Origin: the human T2T-CHM13v2.0 reference genome, Homo sapiens | Reading direction: 5' to 3' (one strand) | Length of the DNA stretch: 64,000 nt | Assembly: GCF_009914755.1 (NCBI RefSeq) | Contig: NC_060936.1 | Shown here: one piece after another, positions 29,268 to 41,649 of the stretch | How the letters are laid out: each line of letters begins with the position of its first letter | How positions within the stretch are numbered: position 1 is the first letter of the stretch | The notes under the pieces: model-generated | What the model was told of the DNA's origin: nothing | Seen by the model: the letters and a program-made list of their open reading frames with translations, nothing else | Databases searched by the model: none | Translations under genes and position numbers: made by a program

Positions 29268-29964
29268 GATTCTTTAATGCTTTTTAAATGTTATTTTTCA
29301 AATTATATTTTATATTTGTGTGTTGCCAGTATATGTAATATTATATAGTCATGCTTTTTCTAAAATGATAAGACTTTAGTAAGGAACAAATATTTTTTAC
29401 TTTTAATATAGAATATTGGCTGTTAATGACATACATATTCAAAAGGTAACAATTAGAGCAACACCTAAAATCTCCAACTGTTCTCAGCGTTTGCCTAGTT
29501 TGATTACAGTTCTTGTTGCGTATTGAGCAGAAGTGTAACAATTCCTCTTTCCAAACATCTTTGATGGTAGAAGATCCCTAGATCTGTGCATGATTTCCCA
29601 GATACTTTAAAAGTTGCTACAACTTTTAGCTGTTGCCTGTTCCGTATTGATGATGACCAGTGACTAGCTCTTGGTAACTAACTAGATCTTTTTTGTATCT
29701 TCTCTTCCTCTTTGCCTGGGGTAGGTATTATTTTCTATATAGAAAGTCTACAGTTTTTTTCCCTCAGTAAGAAGAGATTAGGAGCTTCATTTTCATCACA
29801 TGATCCTCCTTTGATCTAAGCAGGAGATTTCTTTTTCATCCACATCCTCTTTCTCACTGAAGTCTTTAAAATGCAAGCTGGTATATACAATATTTGTTTC
29901 ATTTGAGTATATGTATTATATATATTCACTGATTGTTTTAAGATTATCTTTTAATTCATTTTTT

Positions 29965-30085
29965 TTTCTCAAAATATGGCTGAGAACTACCTGCATCAGA
30001 ACTAGTCATGGTGCTTGTAAAAAGTGCAGATTTTTTAGTTTCTCTCCAGAGCTATGAATAAGCAATTCTGAAGATGGGGTTAGGG
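29965..30085. mobile_element. MER5-type hAT DNA transposon relic
   Basis: CTGCATCAGAA...GGTGCTTGTAAAAAGTGCAGATT. Confidence 0.55.
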
Positions 30086-30090
30086 ACAAT

Positions 30091-30258
30091 TTTATTTTAT
30101 ATTTTGTTTTGTTTTATTTATTTTTGAGGCAGTCTTTTTATTTTGAGACAGGTCTTACTCTGTTGCCTAGGGTGGAGTGCAGTGGTCCTATAATAGCTCA
30201 CTACAGCCTTGAACTCCTGGGCTCAATTGATCCTCCCTCCTCAACCTCCCAAGTAGCT
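30091..30258 (-). mobile_element. AluJ right-arm/monomer fragment
   Basis: GAGACAGGTCTTACTCTGTTGCC...CTCCCAAGTAGCT. Confidence 0.8.
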
Positions 30259-30555
30259 ATAAATCTTTTAAACAAACAAACAAATAAAAAAGACCAGTTG
30301 TTTGGAAGCAATTTATCCTGATTTATCAAAACTGTAGACATGAAGAGCCCTAAGAAGTGCCATTTAAGGTATTAGAAATAATTCCACATGGAAATTCATG
30401 CTTCATTTTAGTGGTGAATCATTCCGTAAACATCCAGTGCTTGAACTGGGAGGAAGTGAGAGATAGTAATGTGCTCTTTTCGGTGACTTAAAAACTGTTC
30501 TCTGCTGAAGAATGCTTCGGTTTAACGCTTGCCATCTTTTTCCTACGAAGGGGGG

Positions 30556-30944
30556 TGAAGTGGATTTTGGGAAGTGCACTCAAATTCCCCTTCAGCACTG
30601 AGGGAATTTATTCCCCCATTGTTTGCCCTCTGATGAAGAAAGCCACTTTGCCAAGGTTATGACCCCTTCCTGAGGTAGCCTGCATCCAATGACAGGTTGA
30701 TATCTGGTATAAAGACCCAACCGCTCGTCCCAACTCAGAAAAAACATCACAGAACTAGTCTAGCCTCAGAACTGCCTGTGAGTCAGCTGAGGTCTTTCTT
30801 GAGATGGCTTCTCTGCCCAGTTTCTCACTCTCCCCAATCCTGCTTCATTTCCTTACCCCACAGTTATCAATCACTCCCAGACAAACTTCCTGCATGCTAA
30901 CCTCTGACTCCAAGGCTGTTTCCCATGGAATCCAACCTGCAATA
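30556..30944 (+). mobile_element. ERVL solo LTR, LTR16-like
   Basis: TTGCCAAGGTTATGACCCCTTCC, CATCCAATGAC, AACTTCCTGCATGCTAACCTCTG...CCAACCTGCAATA. Confidence 0.7.
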
Positions 30945-31090
30945 TAGGGTATTGAGAAGGCATATTTTCATGGCTGTAGGGTGGAAGTCACAATTAGTGT
31001 ACACAGTGGGTTTAAATACTGATAAGCATAGTAACGATTCCCAGTTGTAGAATACTAAAGAGACCCTAGAGATTCAGCAGTTATTTAGAT

Positions 31091-31602
<512 letters not shown>

Positions 31603-32969
31603 GCCAGAAATAAAAAGTTTATAAGTGAGAAAAAATTACAACCCCAAGTGCCTAAGCTCTTATTTTTGCTATATGTATTTTTAATGACTGAAGATTAAGG
31701 TCCTACTGAACATGGAGACACGTAAAAAGTGTTGGGTAAATGGAATGAATGAGAGAACAAACCTGCCATCCTCATACAGTTTGATTATTGCCTCTCTTGT
31801 GGAGGTAGTCATGTCTAATAACCCATGGGACATTTAGACAAACATTAGCAGACTCCATGACCAATATAGGAAAAAACTCATACTAAAGCTGCTCCTGCAA
31901 TGCACAGATTGCCTCAGGAAGTGCTAGTGAGTTTTCCATCATTTAAGGCCATTCAAGCAGAATATGGATGGCCTATTGTTCCTTCAGCGGGGATTTCTGC
32001 ACAGGGAAGGAAGTTTAGATTGTCTGGAAGAGTCTATGATGCAAAAGGCAGATGGGGAATCTATATCATCAGAGAGGAGAGAGGACAATTTCGGTGGGAA
32101 TGCTTAAGTAAGGCCTGAGAGCATTTAGCTATGATTTTCGGCACATCAACTTTGGAAGAGAGTATGACCTTTGCTGGGCTTATAGACAAAAATGAATGAG
32201 TGCTGTGATATATCTTCAAAAAAGTAACACTGGTTAATCTTACATGGAAAGGATACCATAGGAAGGCCGTGTGTGTGAGTGAGATACAGTATGAGTGGTC
32301 TCTTTCCCACCCTATACCCAGGACAGTTCACATAGTCAAATTCCACTGGGACTCTAATTGAGAGAGCAGAGCTGTTTTTCTTAATGAAATTCAAGTTTTC
32401 CCCCTAGAGATGAGCTCAGAACAAAAATGGGACTATGTTTTCTTATAGAACAGCTCAATACAGGTCACAGTGGGATAAATTTCACATACTTAATTGAATC
32501 TTTTTGTGAATGGCATTCTTTAATGAATTTTTAATAGAAGATACAGTGTTTTCATTTAGTAGCAATAAAAAGAATTGCTTCATAAACATTTTAATAGAGA
32601 ATTTATATATTGAAAGCTGTAATGCTTACTCAAGAGGTTATACCATGTTTATTCCCCAAAAGCAGATAGTGTATCAGTACGTGGCCTCCAGGTATTGTCC
32701 TTACAGTCTCCAGTGTTCAAGTTGTGTGAATAGACAGGAGAGCTGTTTAAAATTCCTTTTTGAAAAGAATCCATTTGGGGAAGAGTATATTATCAGGGTA
32801 ATTTTTTGAAGGCAAATATTCAATCATTTTGATTTAAACTCAGCGATCAGGGAACAAAGCATGCTATAGTGGAAAGAATGATGAAACGATAATTCTGGAA
32901 TTGGTGTTACTACCTTTAACAAGTTGTGTGGTCATTAATCTCTTTTCTCTCTGAATATTGAAATCTTCT

Positions 32970-33329
32970 TGGTATAGTTTGGCTCTGTGTTCCCACTCAA
33001 ATCTCATCTTGAACTGGAATCCCCCACTGTTCAGGGAGGAGGTGATTGGATCATGGGGGTGGTTTCCCCCGTGCTGTTCTTGTGATAGTGAGTGAGTTCT
33101 CATGAGATCTGCTGGTTTTATAAGCATCTGGCATTTCCCCTGCTTGCACTTCTCTCTCCTGCTGCCATGTGAAGAAGGTCTTTGCTTCCCCTTTGCCTTC
33201 TGCCATAATTGTAAGTTTCCTGAGGCCTCCCCAGCCATGCAAGACTGTGAGTCAATTAAAACTCCTTTGTTTATAAATTACACAGCCTTGGATAGTATCT
33301 TTATAGAAATGTGAGAACGGACTTATACA
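32970..33329 (+). mobile_element. THE1C/D solo LTR inserted in a MIR
   Basis: TGGTATAGTTTGGCTCTGTG...GAGAACGGACTTATACA; the MIR core TTCCTCATCTGT resumes after it. Confidence 0.92.
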
Positions 33330-33886
33330 TTCCTCATCTGTGACCTATTAGGATAGCTAATCTTTGGGGGCACTTTCAGTTGTAAAATAGAACCTGATAT
33401 TACCTGAGAATTTAGTTTAAGACTCATCAGTAAACCTACTTTCCTGGTTCTACTTATTATATGTAGATGAAAAGCCATGAGTCCATGCTCTTAACTACCT
33501 CTGCAAATGATGATATCTCTATCATAGGGTTACTCTGAGGATTAAAATGAAAAATGAGATAATATATTTAAAGTAATTAGCACAGTGCCTAGGTATAGCA
33601 TAGAAAATGTGTAATAAATGTTCCCCCCAGTCTCTTTATTATTTATTCACATAACCTCAGTGACAATGAACCTAGGTGCTTTCTAGGCATAAACACTTAA
33701 TATTCCAAATTACACATTTCAATTTTTTCTTGGTGGTTATGACTGATGTAAAATTACAGCTAAAGTCCCTATTCTTCAAGGCTTTATTTGAAATTTAGTG
33801 GAACTTCTCTTATCAAGGATAAATTGCATTGGTATTTACATGCAAATATGAAATGTTTTCTTTAAATTTGTTTCACTGTAAAACTA

Positions 33887-34217
<331 letters not shown>

Positions 34218-34909
34218 CCCCCTAACTTATGTGTATAAAATAAAACTAGGAAGTAGGAAAAAATTTGTCCTCCCAAATATGATGGCCATTAATGTTAACA
34301 TTTTAGTATATTTCTGTAACATTTATTTCATATTTAGGTTTTTTAAAACTTTGATTAGACCATATGGTAGATATAATTTAAAATTCTGTTTTTATCAGCT
34401 AACATTATAAGCATGTCTCACATAATTTGGTATCTTTACACACATTTTAATAGATGCAAACATTTTAACAATTGCTCTAAAGGCTTATTAACTTTGTTTT
34501 TCAAATGACTTTTTCTGGATTTTCTACAGTTATATTGCCCCCAAATATAGATTTTACTTTTTAATAACTTCATGTTCTCAAGAATTGTCAGTGGTTCAGT
34601 GTAGTTGAATCAAGGTTTCACAGGGTGGCAGTCAGAGATAACACAGGGGAGATAAAGTGGATCTTGATCACGAAGTCCCCTGAATGTTATGCTAATATTT
34701 TTGGGCTTTATTCTGTAGAAATGAAGAGATGTGAACAATGAAATTAAATTCTTACTTACTGCATAAACAAAATCAATTCCATATGGATTATGAATTAAAT
34801 GTGAAAGGCAAAAATGTAATGCAATTAGAAGAAAAGAGGACTATCTTTATGACCTAAGCATATGGAATAATTTATAAAACAAACACAAAAGACATAATCC
34901 ATAGATTTT

Positions 34910-35030
34910 CGCTAACAAATATTTACTGAATGCCTACTAAGCCAGACACTATTCTATGTACTTGTGATATATCAGGGGACTGAACAGAAAAGACAAAAAT
35001 CCCTCCCCTCATGTAATTTTATATTCTTAG
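34910..35030 (-). mobile_element. L2a 3' end
   Basis: AACAAATATTTACTGAATGCCTACTAAGCCAGACACT...AGACAAAAATCCCTCCCCTCATG. Confidence 0.7.
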
Positions 35031-35089
35031 ACTTTATAAAAAATAAGCACAATATATCATAAATTATATAGTATATAAGAAGAAGATGA

Positions 35090-35395
35090 AGCCAGATGTG
35101 GTGGCTCACACCTGTAACCCCAGTACTTTGGCAGCCTGGGGTGGGCCGATCACTGGAGCTCAGGAGTTTAAGACCAGCCTGGGCAACATGGCAAAACCCT
35201 GTCTCTACGAAAAATACACAAATTAGCCGGGCGTAGTGGCATGTGCCTGTAATCCTAGCTACTTGGGAGGCTGAGATGGGAGGATGGCTTGAGCCTGAAA
35301 GGTCAAGGCTGCAGTGAGCCATGATCACACACACCACTGCTCTCCCACCTGGGTGACAGAGCAAGACCCTGTCTCAATCAATCAATCAATTAAAA
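35090..35395 (+). mobile_element. AluJb-like with a (CAAT)n tail
   Basis: J-type dimer. Confidence 0.88.
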
Positions 35396-35494
35396 TAAGA
35401 AGGTGGAAAGTATTGTCTTGTCCTGGATATCTCTCCAAAACTCAGTCCTGGTTGTCTTCATTTTTTTCTATCAGTTTCCTCCCTCTGGTGCTCT

Positions 35495-35980
35495 GACTCC
35501 CATTCCCTGGATGTAAATACTATCTGTATGTTGATGGTTTCCACATTTGGTTTGTGGCCCAGAACTTCAGGTTTATATATCCAACTGCCTACATGACAGC
35601 TTCACATGGATGTACTATAAACATCTTAAACATACAGTATTCAAAACTTCTGATTTCTCCCAGCAAACCTACCTCAACCAGTCTTGCTCTATTCAACTGA
35701 TGCCAATTCCATCCTACCAGTTACTCATAATTTGGCTTCCTGTTGCAACCTGACTCCATCTCATACAATTTTCCTCGTTATGTTCCAGCTTCACTGGGCT
35801 GCTTTTTGTGCTTCTTAACTCTTAGACAGACTCCCACTGAACAGCCTTGGCACTGGTTGTTCCCTCTGCTTGGAATATTCATCCCCCAGATATCCATATG
35901 GTGAACTCCCTCACTGTTTTCAAATACTTGCTTAAATGCAATTTTCTCAATGAAGTCCACTCTTACTATACAGTGGAACT
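35495..35980 (+). mobile_element. L2 fragment
   Basis: TCCAACTGCCTACATGACAGCTTCACATGGATGT; TGTTCCCTCTGCTTGGAATATTC. Confidence 0.65.
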
Positions 35981-36008
35981 TCACAGCCATTGATCATTAT
36001 TGCCTAGG

Positions 36009-36158
36009 TATTTTATTTTATTTTATTTATTTATTTTTTTTAAGAGATGGGTTTTTGCCATGTTGTCCATGCTGGCCTCAAACTCCTGGCTCAAGTGATT
36101 CTCTTGCCTCAGCCTCCCAAAGTGCTGAGATTACTGGCATGAGCCACAGCACCCGGCC
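36009..36158 (-). mobile_element. FLAM_C (free left Alu monomer)
   Basis: Single left monomer with a T-rich tail. Confidence 0.85.
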
Positions 36159-36527
36159 TGGTGATTTTTTTTTCCCTTTGTTTTAGAGCAGGAGTGGAAG
36201 TTTATTAAAAACCTTTAGAACAGTAAGGAAAGGAAAGAAAAGAAGGAAAGTACACTTGGAAGAGAGCCAAGTGGGTGACTTTAGAAACCAAGTGTACGGC
36301 GCGACCTTTTGACTTGGGGTTTTATACACTGGCATACTTCCGGGATCTTGCGTTCCTTCTCTCCACTCCTGAGATCTTACTGGGAAGCTGCTGATCAGTT
36401 TCAGGTGTTTCCTATCTACATGTATTAGTAGACTGACTTTCTCTGGCACTGGCTGTGGCCAATTATTACTTTAGCGAGACAGTTAACAACTGCCTGACCA
36501 TCACCTGATGGTCACCCAACACTCGTG

Positions 36528-36563
36528 GTGTGCGCGTGCGTGCGTGTGTGCGCGCGTGCGTGC
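36528..36563. repeat. 36-bp alternating purine-pyrimidine (GT/GC) tract
   Basis: GTGTGCGCGTGCGTGCGTGTGTGCGCGCGTGCGTGC. Confidence 0.9.
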
Positions 36564-36669
36564 CCTCTCCTGCCCTGCTCATACCTGACTAGCTACCCAC
36601 TGCACCATTTCCACCCTCAAGATTCCAAGACCCCAAATCTTTGGGGGAAAATGCGCAAAGGTCAGTCTT

Positions 36670-37104
36670 CTATAACTGCTTTCTGTTGACAGAGGGGCGG
36701 TGGTGGTGGTTCTGTGGCTCTTGTCCTCTTGCTAGCTGTCCGGGCACGGTTGGTTCTGTGAGTTGGTGAAAGCAGTATTCAGCCAGGTTCAAGGGAGACA
36801 GGGGCAGAATTTCGCCTCTGTCATGTCCCACTGATAGGCAGTCTAGAGGCCCCCTGTAGACAGGTGACTCTTGAACATTGAGAGGACGGTATTCGTCACT
36901 GAGGACCATCTGGAGCTTGATGGGCACAACTTTGAGGTGAAAAGACATTACTTTCTGCTTAAAGAGGAACCTCAGATCTTCCAGGGCCTCGCAAGTATGT
37001 TCAGGAGCTGAGGGCGTCACTTCCAGCTCTGGTGTTTTGGACCCGTTCCACAGCTTACTCAGGTGTGATGTATCCAGCTGGCAATCTCTGGTACTTTAAT
37101 GACG
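36670..37104 (-). pseudogene. Gammaretrovirus-like pol C-terminus joined to an env cytoplasmic-tail remnant
   Basis: KVPEIASWIHHT*V and TCEALEDLRFLFKQ (pol/integrase end) then IKLQMVL...YRGPLD (env tail motifs as in HERV-W/ERV9). Confidence 0.75.
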
Positions 37105-37699
37105 TCGAGTCATTGTACTAAATATTTTACCTGTGGAAGGTATCCAAGTCACATGGTGGCAAATCCGTCTGCAGCAACCTCAATTCTTGCCTCCTCAGAA
37201 GAAAGAATTTAACTGAGGGTCATAGGCAGAAAAAGAGACAGAGGCAAGTTTCAGAGCAGGAGTGGAAGTTTATCAAAAAGCTTTAGAACAGTAAGAAAAG
37301 GAGGAAAAGGAAAGGAAGAAAAGGAAACTTGGCAGAGGGCCAAGCAGGTGCCTTGAGAAACCAAGTGTGCCCCTGGTGATATTTTAATTCTATAAATTCT
37401 TTCTTGCTTATTGACTAGAATATTTTTATAAAAATTAATGGCCCGTCATCAATTACTTGATTATCCTGAGGTATAATTTTTACAGCAAAGGTGGGATGAA
37501 TACTTGATTCTTTTATGAGAAAGACTGTTAACTATTGATTGAGTATTTTTCATGATTATAAGATCATTCAGCTTTTCTTTCAACTCCCTTCAAAGTTACA
37601 TTCTAATTTGTGATACATTTTATTTTGCTTTTAATTTTAACTCCATAATCTAGTTACTATAATAATTTTACTAATTATATTTTATATTATTAAAATAGT

Positions 37700-39780
37700 T
37701 TTAATGTTACTCCCTCCTTTAATTGGCGCTATTTCTCTTATAATCAGTAAATGGCTGGTTTTGCCTTTTAACAGAATAATCAATTCCATTTATCTTTATT
37801 GTAATAACTGATATATTTGTATTCATTTCTATCATCTAATTTTGGGGTTTTAATTTAGCCTGCTTTATTTCTTTTTTTTCTTCACTATTCTTGCCTACTT
37901 TTGGATTAAGCTCTTTTTCTTTATTCTTATTTCCCCCTCTACTAATAAAGATATTATATATATTCTTGTACTCTTTTTGTAGTTACCCTTCTGCTGAACA
38001 TTACGAAGACAAAGAATGCTTAAATTGTGATCAACCTGCTTACAAATGAGTCTAGCATTTGGAAGTATTTCATTCCTTAAGAACTAAGATTTTAATATTA
38101 GTTTTCTTAAGAAGTAAAATATTAATATTTGAATCCCTAAATTAGATATTATTGCTATTGATTTATACATGCTTTTTCAGATTCATCTCATGTTTACCAT
38201 TTTCTTTGATTGCTAGCATATCTTGCATCTCAGACCTCCCTTAAATGCTATTTTCCTTTTTCATGAAGTTCACCTTTTAGACATTCCTCTAGTGATATCT
38301 GTTGATAATAAACCTTTTGAGTTTCTGTTCTTTTGTAAATGCCCTTATTTCAACTTAATTTTGGAAAGACAGTGTTAATGGAAAATATAGTTTTACCTGA
38401 AAGTTGCTCTCTTGACATTTTGAAGATATTTCACTATTCTTTTAGCTTCTGTTTTTGCTCTTGAGAGATTAGTCCTCAGTATGTTGTCCTATTGTAGGTA
38501 ATATGATTTTTTTTTCCCTCTCTGGTGGCCTGTAAAATTTTCATTGTCTCGGGGTTTTACAAATTCCCAATATGTGTTGAAGTGTGAATTTCTTCTTTTA
38601 TTTATCTTCTTTGGATTTGTTGTCTCTCGATTCTGAGGATTTATAATTTCCTTACTTAAAAAAATTCTGGGAAATCATTAGCTTTTACATTATTTAAATA
38701 TTGTTTTTCCCTTTCTAATCTCTCTTGAAATTGTAATTATTAAATTCTTTGATTTTTCATCTTATGGTTCCTCTGTGATGTCTCTGTACATTTTCTTACT
38801 CTATTTTGTCTCTATTCTTCCTGTTTCTTAATCATCTTTTCTTTTTCATATTTTCCATCTGAGAAATTTCTAAGTAATTTCTTCAAAAATATTTCCCAGC
38901 TCTCTAATTCTCCCTTCAGATTTGTTTATTCATCTGTTTAACCTGACATTAATTTTCTGTTTAACCTGACATTAAATTTCTAATTTCAACTGTATTTTAA
39001 TTTTTAGAAGTTCGATTTGGTTCTGTCTTCAAGTCTGCATGATCAATTTTGATAGTCTCTTCTGCCTTCATTTACACATTCATATAATTTTTTTATTATG
39101 TATTTCTTTTTCTGTATCTGGTTATTCAAAAATATGTAATTGCTGCATGTATCATCCTATATCTTCTTGATTCTGCCGATTTTGAGTCATGATTGCTTGT
39201 TTCTCCATTGTGTTATTTATCGTTGAGCTCCTAACCTTGAAATTTTATTTTTGGAAATTATTTGACAGGTGAGTTTAAATGTGTTTCTCCAGAGATAATG
39301 CGTGTTTGCTTTTGCCAGGTGCCCAGGGGCACTACTGATCTAGGACTATTTTAAACTTACTTTCAGTTTGAAATTTTTCCAATGGCAGACGCAATAGAAA
39401 TTCTATTCTTGGTCCCATGCAAGGGAAGGCCTGTAATTATAAGATCTTAGGTGAGGAATTTTATCCCTCTTCTCCCAGAGTCAAGGCTATGGCAGTAAAC
39501 TTATTGTATCTTCCTATAAGGCTTTGCCCCTAATTCACTCACTTATGCCTTTAGGCAGGATTATATGATCTGATTCTCCACTTTGCAAAAAAAAAAAAAA
39601 AAAAAAATTCAGGCTTTGTCCTTTTCCCCTTGTGTGTAAGTTCCATTAAAAGCCAATTTCCAGGCAACCAGGGATCAATCCAGCTGGATTCCTAATTGCA
39701 TTTTTTTGAATTTCAAATTTCCACTTTCAAATTTTAGTCTCTTAGAATCTATTTTTGTTCTGCCAGCTTACTCATATGTT
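37700..39780 (-). mobile_element. Ancient L1M/HAL1-like 5'/ORF1 region
   Basis: T-rich antisense LINE text (GTAATAACTGATATATTTG; TTTTGAAGATATTTCACTATTCTTTTAGCTTC; TTCTGGGAAATCATTAGC). Confidence 0.55.
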
Positions 39781-39797
39781 TTAAAAGTTGTTTTTGC

Positions 39798-40920
39798 TGA
39801 AACCATAAAGATTCTAGAAGATAACATCAGAAAAATCCTTTTAGACATTGGCTTAGGCAAAGACTTCATAACCAATAACCCAAAAGCAAATGCAACGAAA
39901 ACAAAGATAAATAGATGGGATTTAGTTAAAGTAAAATCTTCTGCACAGCAAAAGAAACAATCAGCAGAGTTAACAGACAACCCACAGAGTGGGATAAAAT
40001 CTTCACAATCTCTACATCCAACAAAGGACTAATATTCATAATGTACAAAAAACTCAAATCAGCAAGAAAAAAAAATCCCATCAAAAAGTGGGCTAAGGAC
40101 ATGAATAGATAATTCTCAAAGGATGATATACAAATGGTCAGCGAGCATATGGAAAAATGCTCAACATCACTAATGATTAACGAAATGCAAATCAAAACCA
40201 CAATACGATGCCACCTCACTCCTGCACGAATGGCCATAATCAAAAAATCAAAAAATATTAGCTGTTGGCGTGGATGTGGTCAAAAGGGAACACTTTTACA
40301 CTACTGGTCGGAATGTAAACTAGTACAACCACTGTGGAAAACAGTATGGAGATTCCTTAAAGAACTAAAAGTAGAACTACCATTTGATCCAGCAGTCCCA
40401 CTACTAGGTATCTACCCAGAGGAAAATAAGTCATTAGATGAAAAAGATACTTGCACATGCATGTTTATAGCAGCACAATTTGTGATTGCAAAAATATGGA
40501 ACCAGCCCAAATGCCTATCAATCAACGAATAAAGAAAATTTGTAGGAATGTATAGGAATACTACTCAACCATAAAAAGGAATAAAACAATGGCATTCACC
40601 ACAACCTGGATGGAATTGGTGACTCTTATTGTAAGTGAAGTAACTCAGGAATGGAAAACCAAACATTGTATTTTCTCACTCATAGGTGGGAGCTAAGCTG
40701 TGAGGATGCAAAGGCATAAGAATGATACATTGGACTTTGAGGACTTGGTGGAAAGAGTTAGGGGTGGCGAGGGATAAAAGACTACACATTGGGTATAGGG
40801 TACACAGCTCAGGTGATGGGTGAACCAAAATCTCCCAAATCACCACTAAAGAAATTATTCACATAATCAAATACCACCTGTTCCCCAAAAACCTATCAAA
40901 ATAAAAAAAAATTAAAAAAA
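39798..40920 (+). mobile_element. L1PB1-like 3' 1.1 kb, 5'-truncated
   Basis: ORF2 C-terminus (40134-40532: [22 protein letters not shown]); perfect 15-bp TSD AAAAGTTGTTTTTGC at 39783-39797 and 40941-40955. Confidence 0.93.
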
Positions 40921-41262
40921 GCCATGCTTCAAATTTTTTAAAAAGTTGTTTTTGCATTTTATCTAGATAAAACTGGTATGGAAGAAATAAAAAATCTAGA
41001 AACCATGGAAGAAATGTAATATTTTAAAAGTACTATCTTAAAAATGAATTCTAGTTTCAGAAGATTTTGAGCAAGTACTCGAAAATTGTTATGAAACAGA
41101 TACTCTTCATGTTCTACAAAATTTTCCAGAGCATAGGAAAATAATAAACCCAGTGAAGATGTTCCAATAAAATTTATGTGTCCATTTCATTTATGCATAT
41201 TGACTTTGAAATCTTGAACAAAATTATATCAAGCAATGTGCTAAAAAATAAATACAACATCA

Positions 41263-41402
41263 GGCTGGGTGTAGTAGCATACCTATAGTCCCAACTACTC
41301 AGGAGGCTGAGGTGAGAGGATTGCTTGAGCCCAGGAATTTGAATCTAGGGAATTTGAAGCCTGATCAACATAGTGACAGCCCATCTATTAAAACAAAACA
41401 AA
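41263..41402 (+). mobile_element. Alu monomer (FAM/FLAM_A-like) within old L1M fragments
   Basis: Single monomer; GGAATTTGAA duplicated; A-rich tail. Confidence 0.75.
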
Positions 41403-41649
41403 TGACATCTTTAAACAGTATTTATTTCAGGAACATAATCAGGGAATCTGACATTATAGTAAAATGTGTTAATAAAATCTATATTATTACCTCAATAATT
41501 CCAGAAAAGGTATTGAGAATATTCAGCACACATTTAGCATAATTGTTTAGTTCCCGGGAATAGAAACACTCACAGCATAATTAAATGTACTTATTTTGAA
41601 ATCAATAATTAATGTATTACTTTATGGTAAGATGTGGTTTAGAGCTAAA

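Larger units (their letters stand above)
36171..37371 (-). mobile_element. Processed (L1-retroposed) ERV1 transcript, LTR19/MER83-like LTRs: R-U5, PBS, pol end, env tail, PPT, U3-R, polyA
   Basis: 5' LTR lacks U3 (37371-37125); 3' LTR lacks U5 (36607-36180); AATAAA at 36206-36201 then an A tract; 14-bp TSD at 36157-36170 and 37372-37385. Confidence 0.85.

Noticed and set aside
39798-40920. Idea that this L1PB piece is the segment deleted from the L1PB at 23563-29267
   Set aside because: It has its own 3'UTR, A tail and perfect 15-bp TSD, so it is an independent insertion.
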